A DNA stretch of 64,000 bases from an uncultured virus (IMG/VR IMGVR_UViG_3300042673_001922). Its lineage: Duplodnaviria > Heunggongvirae > Uroviricota > Caudoviricetes. The stretch lies in IMG/VR virus record IMGVR_UViG_3300042673_001922, positions 1 through 64,000 of that record; one strand, 5' to 3'. Made by a program: the position numbers and the translations under genes. Positions within the stretch are counted from its first letter, which is position 1. Each line of letters begins with the position of its first letter. The notes below the pieces were generated by a model. It was given only the letters and a program-made list of their open reading frames with translations. It did not search any database and was not told the DNA's origin. Shown piece after piece: positions 21,374 to 35,700 of the stretch.

Positions 21374-24300
21374 ATGTTTGATTTTCTTAAAGGGCAAAGA
21401 GCAAATACTAATGTGTCTCTTAACTCATTGCCAGACACCACTTACAATCCAGTTAACCTAGCTATGCATCAGCGAGCTCTAAATGGAACGATGTATGGTC
21501 TAGGTGGAATTGTAAAAGCAGATGTTATTGATGGTGTTGTTAAGTTTGTTTACGCTAGAACAGGTGAAGCTTTTTCTACAGTAAGAGAAGCTTTTAATAA
21601 AGCCAGTACAGATGGGGTTACGACTTTTACAAGGTTAACCGGAAGGCTTGAAGACTCATCATTAAATATGAGGGGTCTTGGTGGAATGGAACAAAGGCTT
21701 ATTGATATAAAGAAAAAGCTCAAAACTCTACCAGAAAATGTATTAACAGGTCTTGGAATATCTGATCCATCTAAATTATATTTTGAGATTGGAACATTCA
21801 GATCCGTACAGGGTGATACACAAATGGCTAATAAAATTAGAGAAGGTGTCGTAGTTCCAGATGGTAGTGAATTTAACTTATTAAAAGTTCTTGTTGGAGA
21901 TCCAGGCAGAGGTGCTGCATTGTCCTTTCAGCAAATATCTGAATTGTTTAGTTTAACATCTGATGATGTTGGCGGAATATTTGGTAGAGAAGAGTTAATT
22001 AATTCTCTTTTAACTGGAAACACTGGTACATTATTTTCTAAAGTTGGAAAAAGAATTAGAGGAGCAATAGGTCTTAGAGATGTTTCTTTAGCTGGAGACA
22101 ACTTAAAAGAAATGTTGCAGTTAGCTGGAATAGGAGGCGATACTTTAAATGAAACAAATGTAAAAGTGTTTAATATTTCCGAAGATCTTTCTCAAATTAC
22201 TAAAAATTACGAAACTTTAGTAAGCGATCCTAATTTTGTTAAGATGAATAAATTAGCATTTATTAGTGACCCTACTGGGATATCTGCTAGAAAAAGAGTA
22301 AATATATCAGAGTTTTTAATGCAGGGATTAGACGAAGAACAAAAAGCTTTTTATGGTGGGGTTGTTAATTTTGAAGATTTAACCGAAACACTAAAAGCAA
22401 CAAGTTTTTTAGATGAAGAAGGAAAAGTTACCGCTAGAGGTTCCTCCGCTCTTCAGTCAATATTAGATGGTGTGGATTCTAGTAGCAAAGAAGTTAGAGA
22501 TGTAAAAAGCCTTTTAAAATCCGCTTTTGAATCTCAGTATGATGGAACTTCAGTTATAAATTCAAAAGTTTTTAATGCAATGAGAAGCCAGATGCAATCA
22601 GAGCTAACTGCACTTGAAGCAGGAGCTAGATCTGGCAAAAGTAGTCCTCAAATAGAATCTAGAATCATAGAATTAAGATCACAACTTCAAAATATGACTC
22701 CAGATAATTTTCAAGCAATAACTAGCAGAATATTTTTTCAACAAGGCAATCTTCCAAAAATGGTTAAAGCAGTTGTTGATCAAGCTACACTCAGGGGGCC
22801 ACTGAGTAAATATGCATTAATTACTACTGATGTAGCAATGAAGCGTGAAACCGCAATTATGCGGACAAACAAGTTCTATAAATTTAGTTCTTCAGGGAAC
22901 TCCAGGCTCAAATGTTTATTATGATCCACTTGCTCCAGCGTTTCATGGAAACGTTTTTAATAACGAAGCTACTCGTGAGGCCCAAGATAGAAGAACCGCA
23001 AGAGTAATAAGCTCTCTTCAATCTGCATTAGAAACTGGAGAAGTTAATCCCACTCTAAGAAGACAGATATTTGAAGGGGCTGAAAAAAATATAGCAGACC
23101 TTCCAGCGGCAAAAAGATCAAGTGCTGAAAGAAATAGGCTATACATGAGGCAATTAAGAGATGCTATTGAAAGTGGCGTAGACATAAGAAACATGCCTAA
23201 TTTGTTTAACTATCTTCTTAAAGAAGTTCAATCAAATCTATATAGAGAAGTAGATGGATTTTTTCAGCCAGCACTAGAAGATGCATATAGAGTAGCTATT
23301 GACACTGAAACGTCTTTCTATTCAGGAAGAAAAAGTGCAGATACAGTTGGTCCAATATTAGGTTCCGGAAGAAGGGCTATTAAACTTCGGTGAACAAAAA
23401 GGGCAAGAAATAGATGCTGTTGAATTTCAAATGCAAGGTCATAAAATGTTGTTTGCTGGAAACGCAGCATTTGCATTTAAACAATCCCTTGGTGGATTTG
23501 ACTTAGACGACGAAGGCATAGTTATGCCTAGAGTATTTAAGGATGCTAGCGGAACTGAAAGGCTAAGTACATTTATATTCCGTCAACCAACTGGACCAGC
23601 AGAATTTATTTTTGCAATGCCAAGGTTTGGTTCTTCTGATACGATTAAAATGTTTTTAGAAAAAAACGATGCTCTTATGGAGCAGTTAGATTCAGTAAAA
23701 AATCAAGATCAATTTTTTGAATTAATTCACCGATCATTGACAGCTAAAGGTGCCGATAAAAGAAATATAGATAGAGCACTAGCTGAATTAGCTGAGTCTG
23801 ACTTAGTTGATCGACCAGACAAAGCTGGCTCAATAGAGGGTGCAATTTTAGATTTAATGTCTAAAGCTGAAGAAAAAGGTTCATATAAAAAACAATTTAT
23901 TAATTATGATGACCAAATTATGGAAATGCTAAGAAGGGAAGGAAAAGGAGTAGCTTCTCCCCTTCAGCTAACAAGAGAAAAGGTAGAAGAATTAATATCA
24001 AAAGGAACTAGTTTAGTTGATGAACAATTTTTAGTCAATCAATATAACTATGGATCTATATTGAGAGTTTTTAAAGAATCAGGAAAATTTGATTTTCTTC
24101 CCGAAACGCAATCAGAACTAAGAAACTTTTTTAAAAATCAAACAGGAGAAGAATACACCCAACAACAAATAGGAGAGTTCTTAAGTAGATCAAAAGGTCG
24201 AAAAGCAAGAAAGCTTCAAGCTATTATTGAATCAGATTATCAAAGAAGAGCGATAGAAGCTCTTTCTAAAAAAGAATATATTGGTCAGTACATTAATAAA

Positions 24301-26280
24301 ATGTTAATAGCAACAGCTTCATCTGATCAAGAACAGAACATTGTTGATGCGCTAAGAGCTAAAGGCCTAGGACCTAAAGTTGATGACATATTATCTAAAA
24401 CAACGGCAGCAATAATTTCTCCATCTGATGCAGTTGACATTATAAATAATCTTTCTGGAGATCAATTTCTTCTTGGAGAAGCAGAAGCAACACATAATCA
24501 ATACAAAGTTCTCAAAGAGCTTATGGACAACAATGGACCAGAAGCAACTCTTGCAGTAGAAAGAATCCTTAAGCAACAAGGTTATGACGATGGAAAGATG
24601 CTTTCGCAAAATGTTGCTGACGCAGCAATACAAGCTAGGTTTGATAAGATAGGAAGGCTTAGAGCAGTGGCGCTTGAAGCTGGAATGTCTGGAGATTTAC
24701 TTGCTGGAATAGATCCAGAATTTATTAAGGCAAGACTTAAAGGTAGAGACACTTTAAATATGGCGGTTGAGTACTTAGAAAAAGGGTTTAGGGAACAGGC
24801 AGGAGATCTTCTTAATACAAACGCAGAAATGCAGAGTTATTTATCTGAAATTAATTTAGCAAAAAAAGCAAATACTAATTCTGAGCTAAATGAACAAGTT
24901 ATAAGAATAGCTGGAATGGCAGCTGATAGTCAGTTTGCTCACGCTAGTGCCATGGCTAGAATTGGAAAAAATAACAAAGAGGCTATCGATGCAGTATCTG
25001 ATAGCATATATGCAAGAAGAACAACTCAATATCTTGGGGAAATTAATACCTCTCGAGAAGCTAGTACGTTAGCAGAAAATATACTTAATGAATATTCAAG
25101 ATTAACTGCTGAAAGTGAAGATGTTTTATCAAACATATCAGCTAAAACTGGGGCTGAATCAGAAACTTTTATTTATGAGGCTCTATTAAAGAAGCAACAA
25201 ATAGGAGAGCAGCTAAGGTCTATGATTTATGCTGGCGCACAAGGAGCTCAAAATACTACAGTTCAAGACATATTGGATAATATGGAGAGACTTTCTAATA
25301 CATCTAGACATAGAGGTGTAAGTGGTTATGGGGACTTACTAACTGCAACTGGAGATGAAAACGACCTTAAGAAGTTAGTATCCGCAGCTAAGAATGCAAG
25401 AGAATTAAAGTTTTTAAAAAGACAAGAAAACATAGAATCTTTAGCAAATCAACTTGACGACCTGATGTCTCAAGCTGCTATGGGCTCAGATGATAGAGCA
25501 TACCTCTTAAAGCTGTCAAGAGATGTTCTAGAGTCACACGTAGGGATGGGTGCATCAAGAGTTTCTGACGATCTTAGACTTGCAGCAGCGTTTATTGCTA
25601 AATCTGAACCAGAAACTGGACTAGCTAAGATGGGTCTAGACGAAGATACTTTACTTATTTCTAGAAGAATATTACAATTTTCTAATGCAAGAAGAAGTCT
25701 TAAAGATACCGGGATGGAAGATATCTTATCTTACTCTGGAACTGGAACAGCAGCCGACTTGGCTCCAACACCCATAGATGAAGATGTTAGGTCTAGAATT
25801 TTGTCTGGAGTAACTGAATCTGATCAAGAGGATGATCTAACTAATTTAGCTCAAGCAAATCGTGGAAAATATAAAAGGTTGACAGACTCATGGAGAGATG
25901 GAAAACTTGGTGAGGCATTTGATAATCCAATAATTAAAAAATCAGCTTATGCTGCAGTTGGATTAATCGCAGCTAGTTTCATCTACGCTGGTTCAAAAGA
26001 TAGAGGCGAACAAGAAATTTCAGGTCCACCACTTTTACCTGGTGGATCAGCATATGAAACTCTTCCTCAAAGAACCCCTCAGATACCAGATACTTCTATG
26101 TTCTCGGGTTATAAACCAGGAGTTGGATATTCAGTTCACATTGAAGGTTCAAGAAATCAAATAGAAGCTTTTGGTAGTAGTGCAAGATCTGTTGCTAAAG
26201 GGCCAATTAACAGTACTATGTCTAGAGGACTCCCTCAACTAGGTAGAGATCCCTACTCAGAAGTAGCTAGCTCTTTTTAG
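21374..26280 (+). CDS. Large protein (about 1634 aa) with two-barrel RNA-polymerase-like motifs, joined across +1 shifts at C22862 and C23388
   Basis: Junctions ETAIM-[c]-GQTSS and RAIKL-[c]-GEQKGQ unite three ORFs. Motifs are YDGTSVIN, R...KMVKAVV, LGGFDLDDEG and FRQPT, with a C-terminal hydrophobic segment. Confidence 0.5.
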
Positions 26281-26288
26281 GTGTTGAT

Positions 26289-26753
26289 ATGATTCTTGGT
26301 GCAGACAATCAAAATAAAAATTTAAGAATAGCATCAAATATTAAGTCGAATCCAAACACAAAAACAAGAACAGCAAATCATTACTCCGCTTCTATCTCAA
26401 CTTCTAAGACATCAGAATTTTCTAGTTCCGCAAGAACACAAAGAACTACAGCTCATCAATCTAGAAGTAAATTAAATGATGGCAACCCAGATCCAATTAG
26501 AGGGTCTATGGAGGGTCTTGACACTGGCAAGTCAGCTTATATTCAGGCAGACAATAGAGGGTATGATGCAACTCAGCTCCAAACGGCTAGATATAAATCT
26601 AAAGATCAAAATTTTAGCACTCAAAAAGGTGCTAGTTTTCTTTTTACAAATAAACAAAATCAAGGTATAATTAGTAATTATACAAATGAAACTATGGCTG
26701 GCAGCTCCAGTGATAGACTAAATCAATCTCTTCGTATTAATGGAATGTTTTAA
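26289..26753 (+). CDS. Hypothetical protein (154 aa, polar/low complexity)
   Basis: Fills the gap between two large genes with tight spacing and an AGGTG RBS-like sequence. Confidence 0.6.
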   Translation: MILGADNQNKNLRIASNIKSNPNTKTRTANHYSASISTSKTSEFSSSARTQRTTAHQSRSKLNDGNPDPIRGSMEGLDTGKSAYIQADNRGYDATQLQTARYKSKDQNFSTQKGASFLFTNKQNQGIISNYTNETMAGSSSDRLNQSLRINGMF

Positions 26754-26755
26754 TT

Positions 26756-29700
26756 ATGGCCGATCAGGTATTAAATACAGAAGTAACCGAGTACATGAAG
26801 GGCCTTACACAAGCTAAGGTTCAAGAAATAATAGCTGATATTCAAGATCTTTTTGAAAACTATTATCAGCCTGGTTTTCAAGCTTTAAAAACAGCAGTAA
26901 ATGCTGATGATAACACAGAGTGGAAAAACGCCTTTAAACAAACTCTTAACAGATCAAATAGCCAATTCTTTGAACTCTCTTCTGAAATAAATACTACCAC
27001 TAGTCTTGAGGAAGGAGTACCATATCTTCCTCTTAAAACATCAGCAAGGGCATCAACTCAAACAAGAGATAAAATTAAAAATATATATAAAACATATTTT
27101 AAACCAATAAAAGACGCTGGAAAAGGCAACGAAAGAACTAATCCAAGAAATAGTAAAAAAATTACTGGACCAGAATATCCAGTAATGAGCGCTGGAATTC
27201 TATCTTTTGGCAAAGAGGTGTACCCACAATCTATGGCACCTCCGCCCAATAGAAGAAATTATTACCAAAATCTTTCAACTTTAGACGCCTACTCAGCTAA
27301 AGCTCAAACTGATTATTTATTCAGATACCTTTTTGATAAAGAATCATTTAACGAGCCAGATGTAGAAACGTACATTGCTAATTATAGAAGTAGATTTTCA
27401 GATATTGATGGAATAATTGATCCAGGAAGTGTGCTTACAGAAATTAACGATATCGGCATTATTGTTAATAGACTATACTATTCAACTATTGCTGGCTTTG
27501 CTGCAGCACTGAGGGCAATAAAAGAAAAGCTAGAAAATTTTTCTGCAATAGAAAAAAACTTTAAATCTACTCCAGAAAATTCTATAACAGAAGGCGCTAA
27601 TACAACTTTTCTTGAGGAGCAACTAAATACAGTCTTATTAAAGTGGAGTATTACTTTTGACCTTGATAGTTATATTAGAACTAAACTTCCAGAAAGTGTA
27701 TTTGCGGTTGATGACCAAGGTAATTATAAAAATTCCTCAAAAATAGAATCAATTAAAAAAGGTTTTTATAACTTATTTATTCCATCTGGTGCAGCGAGTA
27801 TCCCAACTAATGAAAAATATGGAAAAAACATATGGGACAAAATACGTACTAGTGGACTGTTAGATCTTGCAGTCAGTGCTGGCTCAATAGCAGAGTTCGC
27901 CCAAAAAAGATTTTCAGTAGGAGAAGGTTTACTTGACCCAGTAACAGGAAGTGCTAAGAATGCCCTTGATCCAGCAAGGGATACAATGTGGCTCAATGAC
28001 CTTTCTAGAGTTATGACGACTCTAACCAGAGACCCTATTACTCTTTCTATAATACAAAACTATTTTCCAAATTTAGTTACATTATTTTTTAATGCTACTG
28101 CAGCTGCAGCAGATTATTCCGGTGGAAGTTCAGATGATCCATTAAATAACGTAGAAGCATTAGCTAAGTCGCTAATTGATTCTTTTGGTTTAGATAAAGA
28201 TGGCAATCCAGTTTTTGAAGCTGCATGGGATTTTATTAACACTGGACAAAGGATTCAAGAAGCTCTTAAGCAGTTTCCGTTCAGGGAAAATATTACACCT
28301 AAAACACCAGATCTATTCCATTTAAGACTTGGAGCGTCAAACTTTTATGTTCCTCCAGTTGCTATATCTATTAATTCTCAGTTTAAAACCGGAAGCCTTA
28401 CTGGTGGGGCTATTAGACAAAAAAGTTCCCCAAAGTTCAATGCTGGATATAAAGAAACTTCAATAAATCTTAAATTATTTTTTCCTAATTACGAAGAAAT
28501 ATGGGGCATATCAATAGATGGAATTAGAGATGTAACTATTGATAAAGATTTTAAAATTGACTTTAAGCAAGCAGGAAATGAAGAACAGATAGATAAATTC
28601 CTTTCTTCATTAAGAGGTCTTGTAGCAGCATTTAAGTATGCTCCAATACTTCCAATTAAAAATGTATACTTAAATTCTGTTCATGGAATAACTGGAGTAG
28701 CCCTTTCTTCAATGAGCATCTCAACTATTCCTAACTATCCATTTGCTTTGGTGGTAGATCTAGAGCTTCTTAGTTTTAACCATAAACCATTCCTTCCAAT
28801 GATTAAAGATTTTAATCAAGCTATCCACTGGGGTAAGTTTAGGCACTACATGGGCAAAGCCGCTGGAAGTCTACATAGTTATATAAATGAGTCATTCTTT
28901 CTTGGTAAGGAAGAAATTGAATCTATAACAAACCTTCCTGGCGATAGGGCTGACGAACTGATACAGCTTAGAGAAAAAGCTGGAGAAGATTACGGAAATA
29001 TTGTTGAGCCAGATCTTCTAAGGGACCCCTTTAAGAATGATATATTTAATACAAATATCATAAAAGAATGGCGCAATGGAAATAATATAAGTTTATATAT
29101 TCCAGAAAGAACGCAAACAAAAATATTTACTCCAGATACATCTTCATTTAGAGGTGAAGAGGAAAAACTTTTAGAAGATACAGGTGCTTCATTTTGGGAA
29201 AGCACTCTTAAGTCTATAGGTATTGATATAAATGAGTCAGGATCATATGGAAGAAGTCTTGATTCGGTAGTTCAAACTTCAATAGAGGGATCAATAAGCC
29301 CTTCTGCTAGAAGAATAGTTCTAGAGAGCATTGACATAATTCTTGCTGGAAAAAATAGAAAAGAATTTAATGAGAAAGCTTATGATTTTTACGCAAAATC
29401 TTTTGTATTTCAAAATAAAAATTTACTTAATCAAGCTGAGATAAATTACATTCTAGCTAAACCTGGTAGCCTTCCATCTGGTGACTACACGTCAAATAGT
29501 GTAAATTACTATTACAATGGTAAACCGCTTGAAAAAAAGAATTCAAGTGGTTTTTCCGATAACTATTCTTTAAAAAAGATCAGAGATTTATTTGAAGAAT
29601 CATCTACTGGAGTAGCAGCATTCTTAAAAAATCTTTCCCTGCGAGATGCTCAAGAAAAAGCATCGACAACTGGTAAGAAAATGGAAGACTTTGAGGAACA

Positions 29701-32700
29701 ATCCAAAGAAGATATTGCTAGAGCATTTAACGTTTTATTCTATAATAGGTATTTTAAGAGTGGTCCTATTCAAAAATTAATGGATGCTAAAAGATTAGCA
29801 TCTGCTAACTATCAATTTAATGAATGGGAAGTTCCCATGATGAGAGTAGATCTAGATCCAAAAGCAGTAATAGTCAATGGGGTCTCTTTAACTCTAGGGA
29901 ACAATCTAGCAAAAATGCAACTTCAAATGCAAGATGAGCCAACATATCAGCATATAGGTGGTAAAGATACTTATATGAATATCTCTATGACTGTATTTGG
30001 AGAAAAAGAATTAATAAAATTAAGAAAAGTTTTTGAACACATTAACGGCCTTGCAAGATTAGAACATTCAACTGGCGTAATAGGATTCATGGGCATTAAG
30101 AATATAATTGCTGGTTTAGCTGGCATGAAGTATGTAATGCCGCTAACGTATCAAGTTGACACTATTCCTAACTATCCTCACGTTTATGACGTAAGAGTTT
30201 CTTTTGTAGACTTTGATATATTTCAACAGCAAAAAGAAAAGCTTTCGTCTAAGCAACAAGCTGATATGGTTAAAACATTTGGCACAAAGAAAAATCCATT
30301 CCTTCGCATAAAACAGTTATGGGGATCATTTAATGCCTATCCAGATTTTCCATTAATGGTTAAGAATTCAGATGGAGAAACTGTTGGAACTTTAGATCCT
30401 GATTATTATTTTAGATCTTTTGAGATGTTTGATGATGATGTTATTTACCATCTTCAAAGTGAAGAAAAAAAATTAGAGAACTTTACTGTTTCTCCAAAAG
30501 GATTAGATTCTCAATCAACAAAAAGTAATCAAGCTAGAAATAATAAAATAATTAATGATATTAAAGATTTAATTATCAACAATGATACTGCAGCTTTAAA
30601 AAATTATTTTAATGAACGACAAATTACCCTAATGGAAGCATCTGCCTATGTAGAAGCAGCTGTGAGAGAATTTCTTAAGGGTCAGAAATCAAATCTTCTT
30701 TCTGACTTTATTGAGGAATATCCAGAGGTAGACGGTGAAGCTGTTAAGCTTTCTGTAGAAAGAACTGTTGGCTCAGAAGGAATAAAGTATCAGACCAAAG
30801 TTGGAGATATTAAATACTCAGCAGATAATGCAATTGGAGAAATACAAAAACTTCTTGGTTCAACGCAAAGCTCTAGTTCTAACGAAGAGTTTCTGAGCAT
30901 TAACACTGAAGAGTTGGATATTCATCACACTATAACACTAATACCTGCATCAGAAAGTGTTTCGGACGATAAGCTGCCAGCAATACTTTATCATGCAAAC
31001 GGTTACCATCTTGGTTATGTCGGAAAATATGACAATAGGTTCTACTTCACTTCTGATGGAGTTCAATTAACTAAGGGAAATTCTAGCGATTCAAATGATG
31101 GCAAAATAGAGTATACGCCAGTATCTATACCTTTTGGTGATACAGATAGTCCATCAAAGTCATATGCTGCAAGAGACTCAAATGGAAAAGAAATGGGCGC
31201 AGCTCACATAACTTCATTAGGTGGAACTGGTTCCAACTTAGCTAGAACTCATGACCCATACACTAAGAGTGATCCAAACACATCAGAGGTAACATCCGCC
31301 AGTAGCACTGAAGGATCAGTAGCAAAACACTGGGAAAGAATGTTGATTGACACTAAGTATCGTGATATATCTGGTCGAATGATTAGAGCGTTTCCAACAT
31401 ACATGTTATGGCTTATTGATGAGGGCGGTTTTGTATCTGGCGTAAAAGTATTTGATAATTTTTATGGCCTACAATCAGTAATAGACTTTTCAATTGTTCA
31501 ATCTGAAGATATTCTTGGAGATACTCTAATGCTCAGAGTATCAAATATGTACTCTAAATTAACCACAGCTGAATCAAGTGCTATTTTTAGAGTAGACGAA
31601 GAATATAATGACCAGCCAACTAATGCAGTAGAGGGCATAGAGTCAGTACTTGATAGGGTTCTTAATAGAGCAAGATTTGCAGCTGCACATATGCAGAATG
31701 ATTATATAGTAGATATTAATAACATAAGACTTAAACCTGGCGTTAGAGTCCACTTAAGAGGTGGATACGGGTCAAACCCTAATGCTTTGCAGACACTTTT
31801 TAATGGAGTTATTACTCAAGTTGAAAACGGTGAGATCGTAACAATTACTGCTCAATCTGACGCAATAGAGCTTAGCCCTATAGTTAATTCTACTAATAAA
31901 AAAGGTGATAGCGGAAAAATAGATGGTGGCATAAATACTGGATTTTGGCTTTCTGAACCAAGAGATTTAATGGTAAGACTTTTGTCAATGGGCACCTCTA
32001 GATTTAGAGAGGGTTTTGCTCACGCTACAAGAGGAAGAGTATTTTCTGAAAATAAATTTGGAATAAGACATTTTGGAACAATATTATATGAGCCACTAAA
32101 CGATATAGAAAAAGCAAAAAATGAAGCTGTACTCTCCTCGGTCAACGACGCTTATATCTCTCTTGGAGAAGGATCTGGCAATATGTGGGGCGCTGGTTCT
32201 GCCCTTGGTATTTTGTCTTCTGGAACAAATGAAGGGAGCGGAACTTTTGGTCTTGGTCCAGAGATAAGACCTGTTGGAGCTTCTTTGATGACAACTTTAT
32301 GGTCAAACTTTTCTGCTCAAAGAGATTTTGAAATATTTAAAAGAAATATTTATCCAGGAAATGGAACTGGAATAGCACAATTTTTAGGAGGAGACTTAGG
32401 CGATGGATGGGCTTCAGTAGCAAGTTTAACTCCAGATGAAAAAACAAATGAAAGAATAAATTATATAGGAAGAGTTAGCGACTATTCTTGGAACAAACTC
32501 ACTGCTCAGTATAGTCAAAGTTACAGTCCTTCTGGAGCAGATGCCAAGTCGTTAATTGATACCAATTCATCGGCTAATCAGATTAATAATAGCAATGGTT
32601 CTGCAGACGTTGGTAGAGCTATGATAGGTGGAGCAATAGCTGCAGCTGGAATAGCAATAACAGGTGGTTTGGGTGCTCCAATCATTGGTGGAGCATTAGC

Positions 32701-35700
32701 ATTAACTGGTTTAGGTGGAGTTCTCAGCGGAAGAGCCGGAACTCACATAATGAATACGTTAGGAATTACATCAGGAATGGACGATGACCTTCCTGGACTT
32801 GACGAAGTTTCATTTAGAGCTCAGACATATATGAGAAGCGTTTGGGATTTATTTCAAATGTGTGCAAGATTACTTCCAAACTACATTGTAGCAATAAGGC
32901 CATTTGAAGATAGATCAACTGTTTTTTATGGCAAACCGCATTGGCTTTATACTTCCGGAGTTGTTCCATTGACTACTGGGTTTCCAGTAAGATCAAAGGC
33001 CAAAGAGCTTGGAATCATTGGTCCAGCTGAGATAGATGTCGATGATTTCTTGGCAAAAACAATGGAGGCTTTAAATAGAGAATCAAGTCCATTGGCTGAC
33101 GCAGCAGCATTTAGTGCTGGAAATTCATCACTTGTTTCTATACAAGATTTAATCGGTCAACAACTAAATCCAAATGCTGAAGGAAGTGTATACTTACCTT
33201 CTTCTGGAGATTCCAGTGGTAATTTTAGGGGAAAAATAATACCATTTGGATATAAGTCTACTATGGAATTTAGAGGTTCAAATGGAAACACTGTTGCTAG
33301 ACTTCCTGAATCAATGGGGTATGCAACAATAGGTTATCACCTTCCGATTGGGGGAAGTTCAAGTGAAGTTGAACTAAATGAGGATCAACTTTCTAACCAT
33401 AAACAGATACCTCAGCTCCCGTATAGATATAGGTTTCCTTTCTTTACAGAAAGAAAAGATAATATAAGACTGGAGGACTTTGCCTACTATGCTTTAGCCG
33501 ATGAGCTTGGTACTTGGGGTAGCTATAAGTCTGACTATCAAACACTAGCTTTGGACAAGTGGTCATATAATGGCGGTGGCGGAAAAAAAATACAAACAAA
33601 CTGGGTAACCTTACTTAAAAAAGAATCACAATTAATAGGCGCCAACAAAACAACAGATAGTTCTAATCTTGAAAACAGAAACAATTTAAAAATTGGCATT
33701 GCTATGGAAATGGGAAATCTTCCAATTTTCTCTGCTGATTCATCAATTTCCGGCGACGCTTATATATTCTCAGAAAGATTAAATGGACAAAGCTCTTCTA
33801 GGATGATTAGAATGCCACTTCCAGAACAGGGCGTAACTTTTGAAGCAGGGAAAGCTGCAGTAGACTATGAAATATTTAAAAATTATCAATCTGCTTCTAA
33901 TGCGGCATCCCTTCAAGAGTGGACTCCTCCAGCTGAGCCTATTGAGGAGCAGTTTTACATTGCCATGCGATGGCCATATAACCCTTTATCTGGAAACGAC
34001 AGTGAGCCAACAACAACAACTGTAGAACAATTTAAAACACTCTATAACATTACTGACCCTGTTGGTAATGTAAAAGACTATCAAAATAGAAAAGTAATGG
34101 TTTATAGTCCAAGTACAGGAAAAGCAGTTGTTTGTAAACCAGCTTATTTTATGTGGGGAAAAAACACCGTAAGAGCACCTGGACAAAAAGATGGTAGTCG
34201 TGATGAATTCGGAAACTCAACACGTATAGATGTAGATAACGGACGGAAAAGGAAATGAACTAATGCTTGAGAAAGAGTTTCCTCTTTCTGCAATAGTATC
34301 GCCTGATGCCGCTTATTTTCTTGGCATATTGAACTTAACTCCGATAGAATCAACCTTTTGGGCAAAAGGCACATCTTCAAAAAGCGAAGGTGAATGGGGT
34401 GACCCTGAGGATCCAGTTAAAACGGAAGATGCAATTACTGCTTTAGCTAGGGCAGGAGTAGCTCCATTTCCGGTTCCTAGAAAATGTTATTACGCATTCG
34501 TTCCAGACGACGTACCTTTAGGAGTTGTTCCAGACTTTGTTTTACCTGCCGATGAATTCATAGCAGCTGATGGAGTAACAATTGAAGAGATGGGTAATGG
34601 TCAAAAAATAGTAGGATTTGGTTTATTTACCTCAAAAAATAAAGGTAGAAAAGAAGTAGTAAAAGCAAACGGATCCAATAAATATGACCCGTCAAAAGGT
34701 TCAGATAAAGCTTTTTTTGAATTGCAATTTTCAAACAACATAGAATTATCTGATGTTCTAGATTCTGTTGGAAAACTAGAAATAGGCGGAAACATATATG
34801 GAAAAGCTGGTTCAAGCGGAACAGATGCAAAGACTTATTTTGAGTTAGTAAAAGAAGGACAGTATTCTGTTCTTGGACAAGACTCATTAAGAGAAATTCT
34901 TAAAAAAGAAAAAGAGAAAAATCTTACTATAGCAGATAGAAGATTTGCTGAAGTATATGATCCAGCAGATCAAATATCTGTTACTGCTAGACAGTATTAT
35001 GATGAAGACTACGATCAAAATGTAAAGGTTATTGCAGGAAATGGCAGAACTCTTCAGCAAGCAACAGGGATATGGGATCAATTTAGATTTGGATATCACA
35101 CATATACAAATGTCAAAGAATCTTTTCAAAGAGCATATGGACTAGATCCAGATTCAGAAGAGCAAATACCAAACTCTTTTTTATCTCAAGAAGATACTTC
35201 AGCTGCAGATTTTCGTAGATTTGACTCTGCAAATCCAAAAAACAAAGATGAAATGGAAACAGCAGCTGCATCCTTAAGAAGTGCCCCATTTGCAAAATAT
35301 GGCTCGAGTGGAGGAACGGCTGAAGATGAGTTCTCAACCATATTTGGAGATAGCTTCTTTAAGTCACCTTACCAATTCAAAGATGAGAATGCATTAGTCA
35401 GGTCAACGGTAGATCCAGGATTTCAATCTAACTTAAGAATTGGGCTAGAACAAGCTAGAACAAACTTTATTGACGCAGGAAAAGAAAATGATGGACTAAT
35501 AGATTATTTTAACGATCTAATGCTAGCTAAAGTACAAAAGTTAAGAAGTGTTATAGTTGAAGGTCTAAAGCAATCAGGAATAAAAGAAGAAGATACCGCT
35601 ACATACATTCAGTCAATTACTACTCCAAAACAACTGTTCCTTTTTGTTGTAGGTGCATTTAGAAATGCAATGTGGAAAGATCCATACGCTAGAGCATGGC

